From positions 32,001 through 96,000 of the forward strand of contig JANRJK010000046.1 of assembly GCA_033764015.1 (NCBI GenBank): 64,000 nt of DNA. Direction: 5' to 3'. Under the pieces are notes generated by a model. The model saw nothing but the letters and a program-made list of their open reading frames with translations. It searched no databases and was not told the DNA's origin. Positions 58,896 to 64,000 of the stretch are shown here, in pieces. Numbering within the stretch: position 1 is the stretch's first letter; every line of letters starts with the position of its first letter. Origin of the DNA: Candidatus Sumerlaeia bacterium. Its GTDB lineage: Bacteria; Sumerlaeota; Sumerlaeia; SLMS01; JANRJK01. A program made the translations under genes and the position numbers.

Positions 58896-59753
58896 TCAGG
58901 CGAACTCGAGGGCGACCGGCTCCGGGATCAGGCCGGCGGCGTGCGCTTCCGCGAGGAACCGCTCGACGCCCGCGCGCCCGCGGTCCCCGAAGTCCCGCGT
59001 CAGCTCGTTGACATACATGCCGACGAAGCGGTCCGTCAGGCCCTCGTCCAGGCCGCGTCCCCACTGCATCGAGTGCCGCAGCGCCGGCTGCCGGTTCTTC
59101 AGCCCGTACTCGATCGAATCCATCAGGATCGTCTTGAGCCGGGCGATCAGCTCCGGCCCGAGCGACTTGCGCACCACGTTCGCCCCCAGCGGGAGCGGCA
59201 GGCCGCCGGTGCGGTCGTGCCACCACTCGCCCAGGTCGACCACCTTGTGGAAGCCCTCGGACTTCCAGGTGAGCTGCCCCTCGTGGATCAGCAGGCCGCA
59301 GTCCGCGTCGCCCGCCCGCACCGCGTCCATGATCTCGTCGAAGGGGACCACCTTGTAGGAGAAGTCCTTCGTGCCGAGGTAGAGCGCCAGCGACAGGAAG
59401 GCGCTCGTCATCAGGCCCGGCACGGCGACCACCTTGCGGCGGAGGTCGGCGGGTTCGAGCGGTTCGCGCGCGATCACGAGCGGCCCGTAGTTGTCGCCCA
59501 TGGAGGCGCCGCAAGGGAGCAGCGCGTACTTGCCGGTGACGTAGGCGTAGGCGTGGATGCTGATCGCGCTGATGTCCAGCTCCTCGCGGAGCGCGCGCTC
59601 GTTCAGCGTCTGGATGTCCTGCAGGATGTGCTCGAACGCGAGGTCCGGCGCGCCCACCGCCCCGCACGCCATGCCGTAGAACATGAACGCGTCGTCGGGA
59701 TCGGGGGAGTGTCCGAGCGTGAGTTGGCGCGTGGCCGCTGCGGTGCTGTCCAT
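58896..59753 (-). CDS. mqnD: 1,4-dihydroxy-6-naphthoate synthase (futalosine menaquinone pathway)
   Basis: LGHSPDPDDAFMFY, DIQTLN, GASMGDNYGP, GLLIHEGQLT, LPLPLG, MYVNELT. Confidence 0.88.
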   Translation of the reverse strand: MDSTAAATRQLTLGHSPDPDDAFMFYGMACGAVGAPDLAFEHILQDIQTLNERALREELDISAISIHAYAYVTGKYALLPCGASMGDNYGPLVIAREPLEPADLRRKVVAVPGLMTSAFLSLALYLGTKDFSYKVVPFDEIMDAVRAGDADCGLLIHEGQLTWKSEGFHKVVDLGEWWHDRTGGLPLPLGANVVRKSLGPELIARLKTILMDSIEYGLKNRQPALRHSMQWGRGLDEGLTDRFVGMYVNELTRDFGDRGRAGVERFLAEAHAAGLIPEPVALEFA

Positions 59754-59832
59754 GGCGTGCTCCTGGGCTGGGGCGTAACGGGCCTTCCGGCCCGGTGGCG
59801 CTCCGGGGGGCAAGATCGGGACCGTCGCGTGG

Positions 59833-60909
59833 TCAGTCGGCCGCCGCGGGAGGCGTCGTGCCGGGGGCGGGGGCGCCCACGCCGACTCCGTCCGAGTCGT
59901 CCTCGTTCACTTCCTCGCCGGTCTGGGGCGTCGCGGGGCGCACCTTCACGGCGGCGTACTTCCCGGTCTTGTCGGAGATACCCGCCTCGAAGGCGACCTC
60001 CTGCCCCACCTTGAGCTGGAAGAAGCTGGCGTCCATGATCACCGAGTGGTGGAAGAACCAGCTCTTGCCGGCCTCCGTCTCGTCCGTGATCCAGCCGGTG
60101 CCGTTCGGGTTGAGGAAGTTGATGCGCCCCTGCCGGAAACCGGGCGACGGGGGCGTGAGGGGCGGCCCGGCGGGAAGCGAGCCGCCGTTCGTGGCCCGCT
60201 CCTCGCGCCGCTGCAGCGCCTCCGCGGAGGGCTCGATGAAAAGTCCCTCGATCGTCTGGTCCCGGCGCGAGGTGCGCGCGTCGATGATCGAGTTCATCAG
60301 CAGCGGGTAGGTCACTTCCTTGAGGAGCGTTTCCGCCGTGCGCGTGGTGTGCTGGCGGGCGGGCTCGCCCTCGTTGTAGGTGAAGTCCCACGCCAGCAGC
60401 ATCACCCGCGTGCCGAGCGCGTGGAGCTTGCGCACCAGCGGCAGGTAGTCGCCGTCGCACGCGACCAGGCACACGATGTCGAACTGCTTGTGCACCGCGA
60501 GCTCGTAGGTCTCGAGCGCGAGGAGGACGTCGACGCCCTTCTCGCCGTAGGTGCCGCGGGGCAGGTAGTGGGCGAGCACGCCGGACTTGATGAGGATGTC
60601 GTCGAACATCCGCTCGCCGAGGAGCATGTCCTTGCGTTCCGAGTCCTCCGCGCTGTAGCGCCCGCGGAAGTAGTGGGCGTCGACGATTCGGCAGTACTCG
60701 GTGTCGCGCTTCTCGAGGTCGGCGGCGCGGGCGCGCACGAACTCGTGCAGGCCGTTGATCGAAATGCGCGCCTGGCGCTCGTGGTGGTAGCGGTAGTACT
60801 TGCTGACCTCGCTGAAATAGCCGCCGTCATAGAAGATGCCGATGCGGATCACGCCCGGCAGTGCCGCTGGATTCACCGGATTGCTCCTGGGAAACGAAGA
60901 ATGCATCAT
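59833..60909 (-). CDS. NYN (LabA/DUF88) domain protein with C-terminal cold-shock domain
   Basis: IFYDGGY, EKGVDVLLALE, ACDGDYLPLVRKL (PIN-like Asp residues); GWITD..WFFHHSVI..LKVGQEVAF (CSD). Confidence 0.85.
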   Translation of the reverse strand: MMHSSFPRSNPVNPAALPGVIRIGIFYDGGYFSEVSKYYRYHHERQARISINGLHEFVRARAADLEKRDTEYCRIVDAHYFRGRYSAEDSERKDMLLGERMFDDILIKSGVLAHYLPRGTYGEKGVDVLLALETYELAVHKQFDIVCLVACDGDYLPLVRKLHALGTRVMLLAWDFTYNEGEPARQHTTRTAETLLKEVTYPLLMNSIIDARTSRRDQTIEGLFIEPSAEALQRREERATNGGSLPAGPPLTPPSPGFRQGRINFLNPNGTGWITDETEAGKSWFFHHSVIMDASFFQLKVGQEVAFEAGISDKTGKYAAVKVRPATPQTGEEVNEDDSDGVGVGAPAPGTTPPAAAD

Positions 60910-61006
60910 GAATGGGTGGTGGCCCGCCCGCGCCCCATGAGGGGAAAGGGATTAGCGCGAAACGGGCCGGAATCCTGGCTGGAGCGCGGGCGCGCGGGGG
61001 CGCCGC

Positions 61007-61792
61007 TCACTCCTCCTCGTCTTCGTCCTCTTCCTCTTCCTCGGCGAAATCCGCGTCGAGGCTTTCGGCTTCCTCTTCATCGTCGGGGAGCGCGGCGGCC
61101 TTCTTCGAGGCGCCCTTCGCCGGCGCCGCCGCGGGCTTCTTGCGCCGCGCCGCGCTGCGCTCGATCACCGCGTCCAGGTCGTCCGCGTCGCTGCCGTCGC
61201 CGCCGTCGTCCTCCAAATCCTCCTCGTCGTCGCCGTAGCCGAGCACTTCGAGGGGGAGGCCCACGCCGGACTTCTTGGCGCGCTCCTTGTCCTTGGCGAC
61301 CTTCTTCTTGTACATCTGGCGGAGCGCCTCGTTGATCGCCTCCATCACCTGCAGCTTCGAGGCGGTGCGCACGAAGGAGATCTCGTCGCAGAGGAACTTC
61401 TTCGCCTGCTCCATGATCTCCTTCTCCTTCCCCTTGAGGTCGTCCATCTCGTCGAGGATGTAGAGGTCGCGCAGCAGGCGCGAAATGCGCATCGGGTCGC
61501 CCGACTTCATGATGTCGCGGTAGTTGTTGTACTGCATCCGCGCGTCGTTGCGGTTGGGCGAAACGGGGGCCTTCAGCGCGGCGAGGACCTTCTTGACCTC
61601 TTCGCGGCTCATCGGCCGGCGGATGTTGCGCCTCTCGACCTGATCGGCTGGGACGAAGACCTTGGCGCTTTGCGCGTCGAAGATATAGACGGTCATCTCG
61701 GCGCCGTCCACGGTCATGCGCTTCATCCCGCGCATCACGCAGATCCCGTTGGTGGGCTCGATGATCGTCTCGCCGATCTTGAACTTCATCAT
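61007..61792 (-). CDS. carD: CarD/CdnL-family transcription factor with charged tail
   Basis: MKFKIGETIIEPTNGIC, VFVP...IRRPMS, KSGDP...LLRDL, EKEIMEQAKKFLCDEI. Confidence 0.8.
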   Translation of the reverse strand: MMKFKIGETIIEPTNGICVMRGMKRMTVDGAEMTVYIFDAQSAKVFVPADQVERRNIRRPMSREEVKKVLAALKAPVSPNRNDARMQYNNYRDIMKSGDPMRISRLLRDLYILDEMDDLKGKEKEIMEQAKKFLCDEISFVRTASKLQVMEAINEALRQMYKKKVAKDKERAKKSGVGLPLEVLGYGDDEEDLEDDGGDGSDADDLDAVIERSAARRKKPAAAPAKGASKKAAALPDDEEEAESLDADFAEEEEEDEDEEE

Positions 61793-61958
61793 GGGTGTGG
61801 CCTTCTTTCCTGAGGGGGGACGCTGACGTTGGGGCGGCATGGGCGCCGAACGATAAAGCAGCCCGCAAGGGTGTGGCGGCAACGCGCCCGGCGCGAGCCT
61901 TTTTTTCCGACGCGCGCAAGGGCGCGCGCGGTGCGGATCGGATCGGATGGAGGAAAAG

Positions 61959-62035
61959 TGGCTCGCCCGGAGGGATTTGAACCCCCGACCCCTTGATCCG
62001 TAGTCAAGTGCTCTAATCCGCTGAGCTACGGGCGA
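61959..62035 (-). tRNA. tRNA-Arg(ACG)
   Basis: TCGCCCGTAGCTCAGCGGATTAGAGCACTTGACT-ACG-GATCAAGGGGTCGGGGGTTCAAATCCCTCCGGGCGAGCCA: 77-nt cloverleaf with encoded CCA. Confidence 0.97.
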
Positions 62036-62077
62036 ACGGGACACGGCACGGAACGATTCGCGCGCCGGAAGTGGGAG

Positions 62078-62115
62078 AGAGTAGCGGTGCCCCCCCGGCG
62101 GTCAACGACTTTTTT
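62078..62115 (-). promoter_or_regulatory. sigma-70-type promoter for tRNA-Arg
   Basis: TTGACC (62105-62100), 16-nt spacer, TACTCT (62083-62078), upstream A-tract. Confidence 0.6.
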
Positions 62116-62240
62116 ACCCGGCCCCCCGGCGCGGCGCACGGGCGGGTGGCCGCCTCGTCCCTTGCCCGCGCGCCGCCGCCGCGCGATACCTCGCGACCGC
62201 CCCGCCAAGGGGCGCCCAACGGAGACGGAAGGACGCGGCG

Positions 62241-63512
62241 ATGGAAGGCAATGTCATCGACACACTGAAGGCGCGGGGGCTCCTCGAGGCCATCACCGGC
62301 GACGAGCTGCGCGAACGCGTCGGCAAGGAGCCGCTCACCATCTACAGCGGCTTCGACTGCACCGCCGACTCGCTCCACGTCGGCCACCTGCTCCCCGCGC
62401 TCAACCTGCGCCGCTTCCAGCTCGCCGGCCACACACCCATCGTCGTCGTCGGCGGCGGCACCAGCCTCATCGGCGATCCCTCCGGCAAGCGCGCCGAACG
62501 CAAGCTCCTCGACCGCGCCACCATCGACGGCTTCGCCGAATCGATCCGCAAGCAGCTCGCCGGCCTCCTCGACTTCTCCGGCGCCAACGCGGCCCGCATG
62601 CGCAACAACGCCGACTGGCTCTGCCAGTTCTCCTTCATCGACATGCTCCGCGACGTCGGCAAGTTCTTCCGCCTCTCCGACATGCTCGAAAAGGACTCGG
62701 TCCGTTCGCGCCTCGAATCCGAGGCCGGCATCAGCTTCACTGAATTCACCTACATGATCCTCCAGTCCTACGACTTCCTCCACCTGTACAAGGCGGAGGG
62801 GTGCCAGGTGCAGGGCGGCGGTAGCGACCAGTGGGGCAACATCACCGCCGGCACCGACCTCATCCGCAAGAGCTGCGGCGGCCAGGCCTACGGCGTCACC
62901 TACCCGCTGCTGCTCAATTCGAAAGGCGAGAAGTTCGGCAAGTCGGAAGGCAACGCCGTGTGGCTCGATCCGAACCTGACGAGCCCCTACGACTTCTACC
63001 AGTTCTGGATCCGCACCGAGGACGCGGACGTCGAGCGGCTCCTCAAGTACTTCACCTTCATCGGGCTGGACGAGATCGCGGCGCTCGCCGCGGAGCACCG
63101 CAAGGCGCCGGAGAAGCGCCTCGCGCAGCAGCGCCTCGCGCACGAGATGACGACGATGCTCCACGGCGAGGAGGAGGCGAAGAAGTCCGCCGCCTCCGCC
63201 CGCGCCCTCTACGGCGGCTCGGTCGAAGTGGCGCCCGGCGCCAAGCTGGCGGACCTGGTCCCCGACGCGCCGCGCGCAAGCATGGACCGCAAGCGCATCG
63301 GCACGCTCACCCTGCTCGACCTGGTGGTGGAGAGCGGCCTCGCCGCCAGCAAGGGCGAAGCGCGCCGCCTGATCCAGCAGGGCGGCGCCTACCTGAACCA
63401 GCAGCGAATCGACGACGGCTTCGCGCTCCTCGCCGAGGACGCGCTCTCCGCCGACCACATGGTGCTGCTGCGCGCGGGGAAGAAGAACTACGTGCTCGTG
63501 GAGTTCTCCTAG
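62241..63512 (+). CDS. tyrS: tyrosine--tRNA ligase
   Basis: GFDCTADSLHVGH, IGDPSG, EFTYMILQSYDF, QGGGSDQWGNI, KFGKS, C-terminal S4 domain. Confidence 0.98.
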   Translation: MEGNVIDTLKARGLLEAITGDELRERVGKEPLTIYSGFDCTADSLHVGHLLPALNLRRFQLAGHTPIVVVGGGTSLIGDPSGKRAERKLLDRATIDGFAESIRKQLAGLLDFSGANAARMRNNADWLCQFSFIDMLRDVGKFFRLSDMLEKDSVRSRLESEAGISFTEFTYMILQSYDFLHLYKAEGCQVQGGGSDQWGNITAGTDLIRKSCGGQAYGVTYPLLLNSKGEKFGKSEGNAVWLDPNLTSPYDFYQFWIRTEDADVERLLKYFTFIGLDEIAALAAEHRKAPEKRLAQQRLAHEMTTMLHGEEEAKKSAASARALYGGSVEVAPGAKLADLVPDAPRASMDRKRIGTLTLLDLVVESGLAASKGEARRLIQQGGAYLNQQRIDDGFALLAEDALSADHMVLLRAGKKNYVLVEFS

Positions 63513-63615
63513 CGGCCCCGCGGGGCGCGCGCGGCAATCCCTTCTTGCCCGCGCGGCGCGCGCCTGCTCATATCGCGGGGCCGAAAATCCACGGAATCCC
63601 GGAGCCTCCCCACCG

Positions 63616-63984
63616 ATGAAGCTGTTCCGCACCGCCGCCCTCGCCGCGGGCATCGCCGCCGCCATCGCCCTCACCGGCTGCTCGACCAAGCTCGGCCAGT
63701 TCACGATGATGACCACCGGCGCGCCGCAGTTCGACTCGATGGACAACGCTCCCCTGACGAACGACGTGCGCGGCGAGAGCGGGCGCTACTGGATCCTCTT
63801 CATCCCCACCGCCTCCCAGCCCGACGTCGAAAACGCCGTGAACGACGCCTTGATGCGCGGCAACGGCGACTTCATGGAGCGCGTCGAAGTCTACTCCAAG
63901 GGCTGGTCCGCCATCCTCGTCAGCTACGACGGCTACCACGTCCGCGGCGCCGTCGGGAACTCGAAGTACAACCGGGGGCAGTAA
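63616..63984 (+). CDS. small lipoprotein
   Basis: Lipobox LTGC; 122 aa. Confidence 0.75.
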   Translation: MKLFRTAALAAGIAAAIALTGCSTKLGQFTMMTTGAPQFDSMDNAPLTNDVRGESGRYWILFIPTASQPDVENAVNDALMRGNGDFMERVEVYSKGWSAILVSYDGYHVRGAVGNSKYNRGQ

Positions 63985-64000
63985 TACCCGCCGCCGAGCA

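Noticed and set aside
61959..62035. tRNA-Arg as an integration site
   Set aside because: No integrase, no duplicated tRNA 3' end seen, and flanking genes look native

Overview
High-GC bacterial chromosomal window, mostly housekeeping and metabolic genes: cysS, rnj, a NUDIX hydrolase, thiO-like oxidase, bcp, iscS-like desulfurase, glgP, comM, an RND pump, mqnD, carD-like, tRNA-Arg(ACG) and tyrS. The protein style (large membrane kinases, TPR proteins, futalosine pathway) suggests a diderm lineage such as Sumerlaeota/BRC1; this is a weak inference. Several visibly lower-GC islets carry probable defence genes: a lone HNH nuclease (4.0-4.7 kb), an ABC-ATPase plus TOPRIM-like pair (19.9-21.7 kb), and a C5-MTase/REase pair and a second HNH that bracket an intact comM (45.7-50.9 kb). 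Most notable observations: (1) two paralogous membrane Ser/Thr kinases, both with a non-canonical catalytic loop HRDxKPSQ and with different TPR or WD40 C-termini, flank an output-less FHA-GAF protein; (2) a secreted protein is cut off from its FN3-like tail by a single in-frame TAG; (3) a glycerol-1-phosphate-dehydrogenase-like gene is coupled to a HAD phosphatase next to a GT-C glycosyltransferase; (4) a secreted protein consists of three OB folds; (5) the CarD homologue appears to lack its wedge Trp and has an acidic-basic-acidic tail. No CRISPR array, rRNA, integrase or transposase was seen. All family assignments come from motif recognition, not database searches.
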